From NCBI GenBank assembly GCA_964658305.1, contig OZ210885.1, forward strand, positions 16,864,001 to 16,928,000: a stretch of DNA of 64,000 nt, written 5' to 3'. Source of the stretch: Leptogorgia sarmentosa. Taxonomy: Eukaryota. The notes under the pieces were generated by a model. That model was not told the DNA's origin. It did no database searches and saw nothing but the letters and a program-made list of their open reading frames with translations. The position numbers and the translations under genes were made by a program. Shown one piece after another: positions 38,901 through 53,200 of this stretch. Within the stretch, counting starts at the first letter, position 1; each line of letters begins with the position of its first letter.

Positions 38901-41900
38901 AATACTTTGTGTTGTAGACTTGCTTCATTTTATTGTATCTGTGTTTGTAAATAGGTTTGCTTTCAATGTAAACTTCAGGGATTTTGTTATTGCTACATCT
39001 GGAAATACTTTGTATTGTTGTTTTCCTAAATGTTATTTAATTCCTATTTGTAAATATAATTCCTTTCAATTTCAACTTCAGGGTTTTGTTATTGTTACAC
39101 GTTTAAAAAGTGTAACTTCAATCAACAAATGTCTACGACCATACCAGTAGGAAAATACCGGTTCTCGTCTGATCACCGAAGTTAAGCCTAGGTGGGCAAA
39201 GTTAGTACTTGGATGGGTGACCACCTGGGAATACTTTGTGTTGTAGACTTGCTTGATTTTATTGTATGTGTGTTTGTAAATAGGTTTGCTTTCAATTTCA
39301 ACTTCAGGGTTTTGTTATTGTTACACGTTTAAAAAGTGTAACTTCCATCAACAAATGTCTACGACCATACCAGTAGGAAAATACCGGTTCTCGTCTGATC
39401 ACCGAAGTTAAGCCTAGGTGGGCAAAGTTAGTACTTGGATGGGTGACCACCTGGGAATACTTTGTGTTGTAGACTTGCTTGATTTTATTGTATGTGTGTT
39501 TGTAAATAGGTTTGCTTTCAATTTCAACTTCAGGGTTTTGTTATTGTTACACGTTTAAAAAGTGTAACTTCCATCAACAAATGTCTACGACCATACCAGT
39601 AGGAAAATACCGGTTCTCATCTGATCACCGAAGTTAAGCCTAGGTGGGCAAAGTTAGTACTTGGATGGGTGACCACCTGGGAATACTTTGTGTTGTAGAC
39701 TTGCTTCATTTTATTGTATGTGTGTTTGTAAATAGGTTTGCTTTCAATGTAAACTTCAGGGATTTTGTTATTGCTACATCTGGAAATACTTTGTATTGTT
39801 GTTTTCCTAAATGTTATTTAATGCCTATTTGTAAATATAATTCCTTTCAACTTCAACTTCAGGGTTTTGTTATTGTTACACGTTTAAAAAGTGTAACTTC
39901 CATCAACAAGTGTCTACGACCATACCAGTAGGAAAATACCGGTTCTCGTCTGATCACCGAAGTTAAGCCTAGGTGGGCAAAGTTAGTAGTTGGATGGGTG
40001 ACCACCTGGAAATACTTTGTGTTGTAGACTTGCTTCATTTTGTTGTATGTGTGTTTGTAAGTAGGTTTGCTTTCAATTTCAACTTCAGTGTTTTGTTATT
40101 GTTACACATTTAAAAAGTGTAACTTCCATCAACAAATGTCTACGACCATACCAGTAGGAAAATACCGGTTCTCGTCTGATCACCGAAGTTAAGCCTAGGT
40201 GGGCAAAGTTAGTACTTGGATGGGTGACCACCTGGGAATACTTTGTGTTGTAGACTTGCTTCATTTTATTGTATGTGTGTTTGTAAATAGGTTTGCTTTC
40301 AATGTAAACTTCAGGGATTTTGTTATTGCTACATCTGGAAATACTTTGTATTGTTGTTTTCCTAAATGTTATTTAATGCCTATTTGTAAATATAATTCCT
40401 TTCAACTTCAGGGTTTTGTTATTGTTACACGTTTAAAAAGTGTAACTTCCATCAACAAGTGTCTACGACCATACCAGTAGGAAAATACCGGTTCTCGTCT
40501 GATCACCGAAGTTAAGCCTAGGTGGGCAAAGTTAGTAGTTGGATGGGTGACCACCTGGGAATACTTTGTGTTGTAGACTTGCTTCATTTTGTTGTATGTG
40601 TGTTTGTAAGTAGGTTTGCTTTCAATTTCAACTTCAGTGTTTTGTTATTGTTACACATTTAAAAAGTGTAACTTCCATCAACAAATGTCTACGACCATAC
40701 CAGTAGGAAAATACCGGTTCTCGTCTGATCACTGAAGTTAAGCCTAGGTGGGCAAAGTTAGTACTTGGATGGGTGACTACCTGGGAATACTTTGTGTTGT
40801 AGACTTGCTTCATTTTATTGTATGTGTGTTTGTAAATAGGTTTGCTTTCAATTTCAACTTCAGGGTTTTGTTATTGTTACACGTTTAAAAAGTGTAACTT
40901 CAATCAACAAATGTCTACGACCATACCAGTAGGAAAATACCGGTTCTCGTCTGATCACCGAAGTTAAGCCTTGGTGGGCAAAGTTAGTACTTGGATGGGT
41001 GACCACCTGGGAATACTTTGTGTTGTAGACTTGCTTGATTTTATTGTATGTGTGTTTGTAAATAGGTTTGCTTTCAATTTCAACTTCAGGGTTTTGTTAT
41101 TGTTACACGTTTAAAAAGTGTAACTTCCATCAACAAATGTCTACGACCATACCAGTAGGAAAATACCGGTTCTCGTCTGATCACCGAAGTTAAGCCTAGG
41201 TGGGCAAAGTTAGTACTTGGATGGGTGACCACCTGGGAATACTTTGTGTTGTAGACTTGCTTCATTTTATTGTATGTGTGTTTGTAAATAGGTTTGCTTT
41301 CAATGTAAACTTCAGGGATTTTGTTATTGCTACATCTGGAAATACTTTGTATTGTTGTTTTCCTAAATGTTATTTAATGCCTATTTGTAAATATAATTCC
41401 TTTCAACTTCAACTTCAGGGTTTTGTTATTGTTACACGTTTAAAAAGTGTAACTTCCATCAACAAGTGTCTACGACCATACCAGTAGGAAAATACCGGTT
41501 CTCGTCTGATCACCGAAGTTAAGCCTAGGTGGGCAAAGTTAGTAGTTGGATGGGTGACCACCTGGGAATACTTTGTGTTGTAGACTTGCTTCATTTTGTT
41601 GTATGTGTGTTTGTAAGTAGGTTTGCTTTCAATTTCAACTTCAGTGTTTTGTTATTGTTACACATTTAAAAAGTGTAACTTCCATCAACAAATGTCTACG
41701 ACCATACCAGTAGGAAAATACCGGTTCTCGTCTGATCACTGAAGTTAAGCCTAGGTGGGCAAAGTTAGTACTTGGATGGGTGACTACCTGGGAATACTTT
41801 GTGTTGTAGACTTGCTTCATTTTATTGTATGTGTGTTTGTAAATAGGTTTGCTTTCAATTTCAACTTCAGGGTTTTGTTATTGTTACACGTTTAAAAAGT

Positions 41901-44900
41901 GTAACTTCCATCAACAAATGTCTACGACCGTACGAGTAGGAAAATACCGGTTCTCGTCTGATCACCGAAGTTAAGCCTAGGTGGGCAAAGTTAGTAGTTG
42001 GATGGGTGACCACCTGGGAATACTTTGCGTTGTAGACTTGCTTCATTTTGTTGTATGTGTGTTTGTAAGTAGGTTTGCTTTCAATTTCAACTTCAGGGTT
42101 TTGTTATTGTTACACGTTTAAAAAGTGTAACTTCCATCAACAAATGTCTACGACCATACCAGTAGGAAAATACCGGTTCTCGTCTGATCACCGAAGTTAA
42201 GCCTAGGTGGGCAAAGTTAGTACTTGGATGGGTGACTACCTGGGAATAATTTGTGTTGTAGACTTGCTTCATTTTATTGTATGTGTGTTTGTAAATAGGT
42301 TTGCTTTCAATTTCAACTTCAGGGTTTTGTTATTGTTACACGTTTAAAAAGTGTAACTTCCATCAACAAATGTCTACGACCATACCAGTAGGAAAATACC
42401 GGTTCTCGTCTGATCACCGAAGTTAAGCCTAGGTGGGAAAAGTTAGTACTTGGATGGGTGACCACCTGGGAATACTTTGTGTTGTAGACTTGCTTGATTT
42501 TATTGTATGTGTGTTTGTAAATAGGTTTGCTTTCAATTTCAACTTCAGGGTTTTGTTATTGTTACACGTTTAAAAAGTGTAACTTCAATCAACAAATGTC
42601 TACGACCATACCAGTAGGAAAATACCGGTTCTCGTCTGATCACCGAAGTTAAGCCTAGGTGGGCAAAGTTAGTACTTGGATGGGTGACCACCTGGGAATA
42701 CTTTGTGTTGTAGACTTGCTTGATTTTATTGTATGTGTGTTTGTAAATAGGTTTGCTTTCAATTTCAACTTCAGGGTTTTGTTATTGTTACACGTTTAAA
42801 AAGTGTAACTTCCATCAACAAATGTCTACGACCATACCAGTAGGAAAATACCGGTTCTCGTCTGATCACCGAAGTTAAGCCTAGGTGGGCAAAGTTAGTA
42901 CTTGGATGGGTGACCACCTGGGAATACTTTGTGTTGTAGACTTGCTTCATTTTATTGTATGTGTGTTTGTAAATAGGTTTGCTTTCAATGTAAACTTCAG
43001 GGATTTTGTTATTGCTACATCTGGAAATACTTTGTATTGTTGTTTTCCTAAATGTTATTTAATGCCTATTTGTAAATATAATTCCTTTCAACTTCAACTT
43101 CAGGGTTTTGTTATTGTTACACGTTTAAAAAGTGTAACTTCCATCAACAAGTGTCTACGACCATACCAGTAGGAAAATACCGGTTCTCGTCTGATCACCG
43201 AAGTTAAGCCTAGGTGGGCAAAGTTAGTAGTTGGATGGGTGACCACCTGGAAATACTTTGTGTTGTAGACTTGCTTCATTTTGTTGTATGCGTGTTTGTA
43301 AGTAGGTTTGCTTTCAATTTCAACTTCAGTGTTTTGTTATTGTTACACATTTAAAAAGTGTAACTTCCATCAACAAATGTCTACGACCATACCAGTAGGA
43401 AAATACCGGTTCTCGTCTGATCACCGAAGTTAAGCCTAGGTGGGCAAAGTTAGTACTTGGATGGGTGACCACCTGGGAATACTTTGTGTTGTAGACTTGC
43501 TTCATTTTATTGTATGTGTGTTTGTAAATAGGTTTGCTTTCAATGTAAACTTCAGGGATTTTGTTATTGCTACATCTGGAAATACTTTGTATTGTTGTTT
43601 TCCTAAATGTTATTTAATGCCTATTTGTAAATATAATTCCTTTCAACTTCAACTTCAGGGTTTTGTTATTGTTACACGTTTAAAAAGTGTAACTTCCATC
43701 AACAAGTGTCTACGACCATACCAGTAGGAAAATACCGGTTCTCGTCTGATCACCGAAGTTAAGCCTAGGTGGGCAAAGTTAGTAGTTGGATGGGTGACCA
43801 CCTGGGAATACTTTGTGTTGTAGACTTGCTTCATTTTGTTGTATGTGTGTTTGTAAGTAGGTTTGCTTTCAATTTCAACTTCAGTGTTTTGTTATTGTTA
43901 CACATTTAAAAAGTGTAACTTCCATCAACAAATGTCTACGACCATACCAGTAGGAAAATACCGGTTCTCGTCTGATCACTGAAGTTAAGCCTAGGTGGGC
44001 AAAGTTAGTACTTGGATGGGTGACTACCTGGGAATACTTTGTGTTGTAGACTTGCTTCATTTTATTGTATGTGTGTTTGTAAATAGGTTTGATTTCAATT
44101 TCAACTTCAGGGTTTTGTTATTGTTACACGTTTAAAAAGTGTAACTTCCATCAACAAATGTCTACGACCGTACGAGTAGGAAAATACCGGTTCTCGTCTG
44201 ATCACCGAAGTTAAGCCTAGGTGGGCAAAGTTAGTACTTGGATGGGTGACTACCTGGGAATAATTTGTGTTGTAGACTTGCTTCATTTTATTGTATGTGT
44301 GTTTGTAAATAGGTTTGCTTTCAATGTAAACTTCAGGGATTTTGTTATTGCTACATCTGGAAATACTTTGTATTGTTGTTTTCCTAAATGTTATTTAATT
44401 CCTATTTGTAAATATAATTCCTTTCAATTTCAACTTCAGGGTTTTGTTATTGTTACACATTTAAAAAGTGTAACTTGCATCAACAAATGTCTACGACCGT
44501 ACGAGTAGGAAAATACCGGTTCTCGTCTGATCACCGAAGTTAAGCCTAGGTGGGCAAAGTTAGTACTTGGATGGGTGACTACCTGCGAATACTTTGTGTT
44601 GTAGACTTGCTTCATTTTATTGTATGTGTGTTTGTAAATATAATTCCTTTCAATTTCAACTTCAGGGTTTTGTTATTGTTACACGTTTAAAAAGTGTAAC
44701 TTCCATCAACAAATGTCTACGACCATACCAGTAGGAAAATACCGGTTCTCGTCTGATCACCGAAGTTAAGCCTAGGTGGGCAAAGTTAGTACTTGGATGG
44801 GTGACCACCTGGGAATACTTTGTGTTTTAGACTTGCTTCATTTTATTGTATGTGTGTTTGTAAATAGGTTTGCTTTCAATGTAAACTTCAGGGATTTTGT

Positions 44901-47200
44901 TATTGCTACATCTGGAAATACTTTGTATTGTTATTTTGCTAAATGTTATTTAATCCCTATTTGTAAATATAATTCCTTTCAATTTCAACTTCAGGGTTTT
45001 GTTATTGTTACACGTTTAAAAAGTGTAACTTCCATCAACAAATGCCTACGACCGTACGAGTAGGAAAATACCGGTTCTTGTCTGATCACCGAAGTTAAGC
45101 CTAGGTGGGCAAAGTTAGTACTTGGATGGGTGACCACCTGGGAATACTTTGTGTTGTAGACTTACTTCATTTTATTGTATGTGTGTTTGTAAATAGGTTT
45201 GCTTTCAATGTAAACTTCAGGGATTTTGTTATTGCTACATCTGGAAATACTTTGTATTGTTGTTTTGCTAAATGTTATTTAATGCCTATTTGTAAATATA
45301 ATTCCTTTCAATTTCAACTTCAAAGTTTTGTTATTGTTACACGTTTAAAAAGTGTAACTTCCATCAACAAATGTCTACGACCATACCAGTAGGAAAATAC
45401 CGGTTCTCGTCTGATCACCGAAGTTAAGCCTAGGTGGGCAAAGTTAGTACTTGGATGGGTGACTACCTGGGAATACTTTGTGTTGTAGACTTGCTTCATT
45501 TCATTGTATGTGTGTTTGTAAATAGGTTTGCTTTCAATTTCAACTTCAGGGTTTTGTTATTAATACACACGTTTAAAAACTGTAACTTCCATCAACAAAT
45601 GTCTACAACCATACCAGTAGGAAAATACCGGTTCTCGTCTGATCACCGAAGTCAGGCCTAGGTGGGAAAAGTTAGTACTTGGATGGGTGACCACCTGGGA
45701 ATACTTTGTGTTGTAGACTTGCTTCATTTTATTGTATGTGTGTTTGTAAATAGGTTTGCTTTCAATTTCAACTTCAGGGTTTTGTTATTGTTACACGTTG
45801 AAAAAGTGTAACTTCCATCAACAAATGTCTACCACCATACCAGTAGGAAAATACCGGTTCTCGTCTGATCACCGAAGTTAAGCCTACGTGGGCAAAGTTA
45901 GTAGTTGGATGGGTGACCACCTGGGAATACTTTGTGTTGTAGACTTGCTTCATTTTGTTGTATGTGTGTTTGTAAGTAGGTTTGCTTTCAATTTCAACTT
46001 CAGGGTTTTGTTATTGTTACACGTTTAAAAAGTGTAACTTCCATCAACAAATGTCTACGACCATACCAGTAGGAAAATACCGGTTCTCGTCTGATCAGCG
46101 AAGTTAAGCCTAGGTGGGCAAAGTTAGTACTTGGATGGGTGACCACCTGGGAATACTTTGTGTTGTAGACTTGCTTCATTTTGTTGTATGTGTGTTTGTA
46201 AATAGGTTTGCTTTCAATTTCAACTCCAGGGTTTTGTTATTGTTACACGTTTAAAAAGTGTAACTTCCATCAACAAATGTCTACGACCATACCAGTAGGA
46301 AAATACCGGTTCTCGTCTGATCACCGAAGTTAAGCCTAGGTGGGAAAAGTTAGTACTTGGATGGGTGACCACCTGGGAATACTTTGTGTTGTAGACTTGC
46401 TTCATTTTATTGTATGTGTGTTTGTAAATAGGTTTGCTTTCAATTTCAACTTCAGGGTTTTGTTATTGTTACACGTTTAAAAAGTGTAACTTCCATCAAC
46501 AAATGTCTACGACCACACCAGTAGGAAAATACCGGTTCTCGTCTGATCACCGAAGTTAAGCCTAGGTGGGCAAAGTTAGTACTTGGATGGCTGACCACCT
46601 GGGAATACTTTGTGTTGTAGACTTGCTTCATTTTATTGTATGTGTGTTTGTAAATAGGTTTGCTTTCAATGTAAACTTCAGGGATTTTGTTATTGCTACA
46701 TCTGGAAATACTTTGTATTGTTGTTTTCCTAAATGTTATTTAATGCCTATTTGTAAATATAATTCCTTTCAACTTCAACTTCAGGGTTTTGTTATTGTTA
46801 CACGTTTAAAAAGTGTAACTTCCATCAACAAATGTCTACGACCATACCAGTAGGAAAATACCGGTTCTCGTCTGATCACCGAAGTTAAGCCTAGGTGGGC
46901 AAAGTTAGTACTTGGATGGGTGACCACCTGGGAATACTTTGTGTTGTAGACTTGCTTCATTTTATTGTATCTGTGTTTGTAAATAGGTTTGCTTTCAATG
47001 TAAACTTCAGGGATTTTGTTATTGCTACATCTGGAAATACTTTGTATTGTTGTTTTCCTAAATGTTATTTAATTCCTATTTGTAAATATAATTCCTTTCA
47101 ATTTCAACTTCAGGGTTTTGTTATTGTTACACATTTAAAAAGTGTAACTTGCATCAACAAATGTCTACGACCGTACGAGTAGGAAAATACCGGTTCTCGT
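24000..47200 (+). repeat. Higher-order repeat of 5S units, about 3 copies with a 7.6-8.0 kb period (boundaries approximate)
   Basis: Rare variants recur in the same order. Marker ORF starts: 28594/36189/44221, 29807/37402/45434, 30954/38534/46566. Confidence 0.9.
30426..30560 (+). pseudogene. 5S copy with 15-bp tandem duplication GTCTGATCAGCGAAG
   Basis: The motif is present at 30462-30476 and 30477-30491. Confidence 0.85.
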
Positions 47201-50200
47201 CTGATCACCGAAGTTAAGCCTAGGTGGGCAAAGTTAGTACTTGGATGGGTGACTACCTGCGAATACTTTGTGTTGTAGACTTGCTTCATTTTATTGTATG
47301 TGTGTTTGTAAATATAATTCCTTTCAATTTCAACTTCAGGGTTTTGTTATTGTTACACGTTTAAAAAGTGTAACTTCCATCAACAAATGTCTACGACCAT
47401 ACCAGTAGGAAAATACCGGTTCTCGTCTGATCACCGAAGTTAAGCCTAGGTGGGCAAAGTTAGTACTTGGATGGGTGACCACCTGGGAATACTTTGTGTT
47501 TTAGACTTGCTTCATTTTATTGTATGTGTGTTTGTAAATAGGTTTGCTTTCAATGTAAACTTCAGGGATTTTGTTATTGCTACATCTGGAAATACTTTGT
47601 ATTGTTATTTTGCTAAATGTTATTTAATCCCTATTTGTAAATATAATTCCTTTCAATTTCAACTTCAGGGTTTTGTTATTGTTACACGTTTAAAAAGTGT
47701 AACTTCCATCAACAAATGCCTACGACCGTACGAGTAGGAAAATACCGGTTCTCGTCTGATCACCGAAGTTAAGCCTAGGTGGGCAAAGTTAGTACTTGGA
47801 TGGGTGACCACCTGGGAATACTTTGTGTTGTAGACTTGCTTCATTTTATTGTATGTGTGTTTGTAAATAGGTTTGCTTTCAATGTAAACTTCAGGGATTT
47901 TGTTATTGCTACATCTGGAAATACTTTGTATTGTTGTTTTGCTAAATGTTATTTAATGCCTATTTGTAAATATAATTCCTTTCAATTTCAACTTCAGGGT
48001 TTTGTTATTGTTACACGTTTAAAAAGTGTAACTTCCATCAACAAATGTCTACGACCATACCAGTAGGAAAATACCGGTTCTCGTCTGATCACCGAAGTTA
48101 AGCCTAGGTGGGCAAAGTTAGTACTTGGATGGGTGACTACCTGGGAATACTTTGTGTTGTAGACTTGCTTCATTTTATTGTATGTGTGTTTGTAAATAGG
48201 TTTGCTTTCAATGTAAACTTCAGGGATTTTGTTATTGCTACATCTGGAAATACTTTGTATTGTTGTTTTCCTAAATGTTATTTAATGCCTATTTGTAAAT
48301 ATAATTCCTTTCAATTTCAACTTCAGGGTTTTGTTATTGTTACACGTTTAAAAAGTGTAACTTCCATCAACAAATGTCTACGACCATACCAGTAGGAAAA
48401 TACCGGTTCTCGTCTGATCACTGAAGTTAAGCCTAGGTGGGCAAAGTTAGTACTTGGATGGGTGACTACCTGGGAATACTTTGTGTTGTAGACTTGCTTC
48501 ATTTTATTGTATGTGTGTTTGTAAATAGGTTTGCTTTCAATTTCAACTTCAGGGTTTTGTTATTGTTACACATTTAAAAAGTGTAACTTCCATCAACAAA
48601 TGTCTACGACCATACCAGTAGGAAAATACCGGTTCTCGTCTGATCACCAAAGTTAGGCCTAGGTGGGAAAAGTTAGTACTTGGATGGGTGACCACCTGGG
48701 AATACTTTGTGTTGTAGACTTGCTTCATTTTATTGTATGTGTGTTTGTAAATAGGTTTGCTTTCAATTTCAACTTCAGGGTTTTGTTATTGTTACACGTT
48801 TAAAAAGTGTAACTTCCATCAACAAATGTCTACGACCATACCAGTAGGAAAATACCGGTTCTTGTCTGATCACCGAAGTTAAGCCTAGGTGGGTAAAGTT
48901 AGTACTTGGATGGGTGACCACCTGGGAATACTTTGTGTTGTAGACTTGCTTCATTTTATTGTATGTGTGTTTGTAAATAGGTTTGCTTTCAATGTAAACT
49001 TCAGGGATTTTGTTATTGCTACATCTGGAAATACTTTGTATTGTTGTTTTGCTAAATGTTATTTAATGCCTATTTGTAAATATAATTCCTTTCAACTTCA
49101 ACTTCAGGGTTTTATTATTGTTACACGTTTAAAAAGTGTAACTTCCATCAACAAGTGTCTACGACCATACCAGTAGGAAAATACCGGTTCTCGTCTGATC
49201 ACCGAAGTTAAGCCTAGGTGGGCAAAGTTAGTACTTGGATGGGTGACTACCTGGGAATACTTTGTGTTGTAGACTTGCTTCATTTTATTGTATGTGTGTT
49301 TGTAAATAGGTTTGCTTTCAATTTCAACTTCAGGGTTTTGTTATTGTTACACGTTTAAAAAGTGTAACTTCCATCAACAAATGTCTACGACCATACCAGT
49401 AGGAAAATACCGGTTCTCGTCTGATCACCGAAGTTAAGCCTAGGTGGGCAAAGTTAGTACTTGGATGGGTGACTACCTGGGAATACTTTGTGTTGTAGAC
49501 TTGCTTCATTTTATTGTATGTGTGTTTGTAAATAGGTTTGCTTTCAATGTAAACTTCAGGGATTTTGTTATTGCTACATCTGGAAATACTTTGTATTGTT
49601 GTTTTCCTAAATGTTATTTAATGCCTATTTGTAAATATAATTCCTTTCAATTTCAACTTCAGGGTTTTGTTATTGTTACACGTTTAAAAAGTGTTACTTC
49701 CATCGGCAAATGTCTACGACCATACCAGTAGGAAAATACCGGTTCTCGTCTGATCACCGAAGTTAAGCCTAGGTGGGCAAGTTAGTACTTGGATGGGTGA
49801 CCACCTGGGAATACTTTGTGTTGTAGACTTGCTTCATTTTATTGTATGTGTGTTTGTAAATAGGTTTGCTTTCAATTTCAATTTCAGGGTTTTGTTATTG
49901 TTACACGTTTAAAAAGTGTTACTTCCATCAAGAAATGTCTACGACGATACCAGTAGGAAAATACCGGTTCTCGTCTGATCACCGAAGTTAAGCCTAGGTG
50001 GGCAAAGTTAGTACTTCGATGGGTGACTACCTGGGAATACTTTGTGTTGTAGACTTGCTTCATTTTATTGTATGTGTGTTTGTAAATATAATTCCTTTCA
50101 ATTTCAACTTCGGGGTTTTGTTATCGTTACACGTTTAAAAAGTGTAACTTCCATCAACAAATGTCTACGACCATACCAGTAGGAAAATACCGGTTCTCGT

Positions 50201-53200
50201 CTGATCACCGAAGTTAAGCCTAGATGGGCAAAGTTAGTACTTGGATGGGTGACTACCTGGGAATACTTTGTGTTGTAGACTTGCTTCATTTTATTGTATG
50301 TGTGTTTGTAAATAGGTTTGCTTTCAATTTCAACTTCAGGGTTTTGTTATTGTTACACGTTTAAAAAGTGTAACTTCCATCAACAAATGTCTACGACCAT
50401 ACCAGTAGGAATATACCGGTTCTCGTCTGATCACCGAAGTTAAGCCTAGGTGGGCAAAGTTAGTACTTGGATGGGTGACCACCTGGGAATACTTTGTGTT
50501 GTAGACTTGCTTCATTTTATTGTATGTGTGTTTGTAAATAGGTTTGCTTGCAATTTCAACTTCAGGGTTTTGTTATTGTTACACGTTTGAAAAGTGTAAC
50601 TTCCATCAACTAATGTCTACGACCATACCAGTAGGAAAATACCGGTTCTCGTCTGATCACCGAAGTTAAGCCTAGGTGGGAAAAGTTAGTACTTGGATGG
50701 GTGACCACCTGGGAATACTTTGTGTTGTAGACTTGCTTCATTTTATTGTATGTGTGTTTGTAAATAGGTTTGCTTTCAATTTCAACTTCAGGGTTTTGTT
50801 ATTGTTACACGTTTAAAAAGTGTAACTTCCATCAACAAATGTCTACGACCACACCAGTAGGAAAATACCGGTTCTCGTCTGATCACCGAAGTTAAGCCTA
50901 GGTGGGCAAAGTTAGTACTTGGATGGGTGACCACCTGGGAATACTTTGTGTTGTAGACTTGCTTCATTTTATTGTATGTGTGTTTGTAAATAGGTTTGCT
51001 TTCAATGTAAACTTCAGGGATTTTGTTATTGCTACATCTGGAAATACTTTGTATTGTTGTTTTCCTAAATGTTATTTAATGCCTATTTGTAAATATAATT
51101 CCTTTCAACTTCAACTTCAGGGTTTTGTTATTGTTACACGTTTAAAAAGTGTAACTTCCATCAACAAGTGTCTACAACCATACCAGTAGGAAAATACCGG
51201 TTCTCGTCTGATCACCGAAGTTTAGCCTAGGTGGGCAAAGTTAGTAGTTGGATGGGTGACCACCTGGGAATACTTTGTGTTGTAGACTTGCTTCATTTTG
51301 TTGTATGTGTGTTTGTAAGTAGGTTTGCTTTCAATTTCAACTTCAGGGTTTTGTTATTGTTACACGTTTAAAAAGTGTAACTTCCATCAACAAATGTCTA
51401 CGACCATACCAGTAGGAAAATACCGGTTCTCGTCTGATCACCGAAGTTAAGCCTAGGTGGGCAAAGTTAGTACTTGGATGGGTGACTACCTGGGAATACT
51501 TTGTGTTGTAGACTTGCTTCATTTTATTGTATGTGTGTTTGTAAATAGGTTTGCTTTCAATTTCAACTTCAGGGTTTTGTTATTGTTACACGTTTAAAAA
51601 GTGTAACTTCCATCAACAAATGTCTACGACCATACCAGTAGGAAAATACCGGTTCTCGTCTGATCACCGAAGTTAAGCCTAGGTGGGCAAAGTTAGTACT
51701 TGGATGGGTGACCACCAGGGAATACTTTGTGTTGTAGACTTGCTTCATTTTATTGTATGTGTGTTTGTAAATAGGTTTGCTTTCAATGTAAACTTCAGGG
51801 ATTTTGTTATTGCCACATCTGGAAATACTTTGTATTGTTGTTTTCCTAAATGTTATTTAATGCCTATTTGTAAATATAATTCCTTTCAATTTCAAATTCA
51901 GGGTTTTGTTATTGTTACACATTTAAAAAGTGTAACTTGCATCAACAAATGTCTACGACCGTACGAGTAGGAAAATACCGGTTCTCGTCTGATCACCGAA
52001 GTTAAGCCTAGGTGGGCAAAGTTAGTACTTGGATGGGTGACTACCTGCGAATACTTTGTGTTGTAGACTTGCTTCATTTTATTGTATGTGTGTTTGTAAA
52101 TACAATTCCTTTCAATTTCAACTTCAGGGTTTTGTTATTGTTACACGTTTAAAAAGTGTAACTTCCATCAACAAATGTCTACGACAATACCAGTAGGAAA
52201 ATACCGGTTCTCGTCTGATCACCGAAGTTAAGCCTAGGTGGGAAAAGTTAGTACTTGGATGGGTGACCACCTGGGAATACTTTGTGTTGTAGACTTGCTT
52301 GATTTTATTGTATGTGTGTTTGTAAATAGGTTTGCTTTCAATTTCAACTTCAGGGTTTTGTTATTGTTACACGTTTAAAAAGTGTAACTTCCATCAACAA
52401 ATGTCTAATTCCATACCAGTAGGAAAATACCGGTTCTCGTCTGATCACCGAAGTTAAGCCTAGGTGGGCAAAGTTAGTAGTTGGATGGGTGACCACCTGG
52501 GAATACTTTGTGTTGTAGACTTGCTTGATTTTATTGTATGTGTGTTTGTAAATAGGTTTGCTTTCAATTTCAACTTCAGGGTTTTGTTATTGTTACACGT
52601 TTAAAAAGTGTAACTTCCATCAACAAATGTCTACGACCATACCAGTAGGAAAATACCGGTTCTCGTCTGATCACCGAAGTTAAGCCTAGGTGGGCAAAGT
52701 TAGTACTTGGATGGGTGACCACCTGGGAATACTTTGTGTTGCAGACTTGCTTCATTTTATTGTATGTGTGTTTGTAAATAGGTTTGCTTTCAATGTAAAC
52801 TTCAGGGATTTTGTTATTGCTACATCTGGAAATACTTTGTATTGTTGTTTTCCTAAATATTATTTAATGCCTATTTGTAAATATAATTCCTTTCAACTTC
52901 AACTTCAGGGTTTTGTTATTGTTACACGTTTAAAAAGTGTAACTTCCATCAACAAGTGTCTACGACCATACCAGTAGGAAAATACCGGTTCTCGTCTGAT
53001 CACCGAAGTTAAGCCTAGGTGGGCAAAGTTAGTACTTGGATGGGTGACCACCTGGGAATACTTTGTGTTGTAGACTTGCTTCATTTTATTGTATGTGTGT
53101 TTGTAAATAGGTTTGCTTTCAATGTAAACTTCAGGGATTTTGTTATTGCTACATCTGGAAATACTTTGTATTGTTGTTTTCCTAAATGTTATTTAATGCC

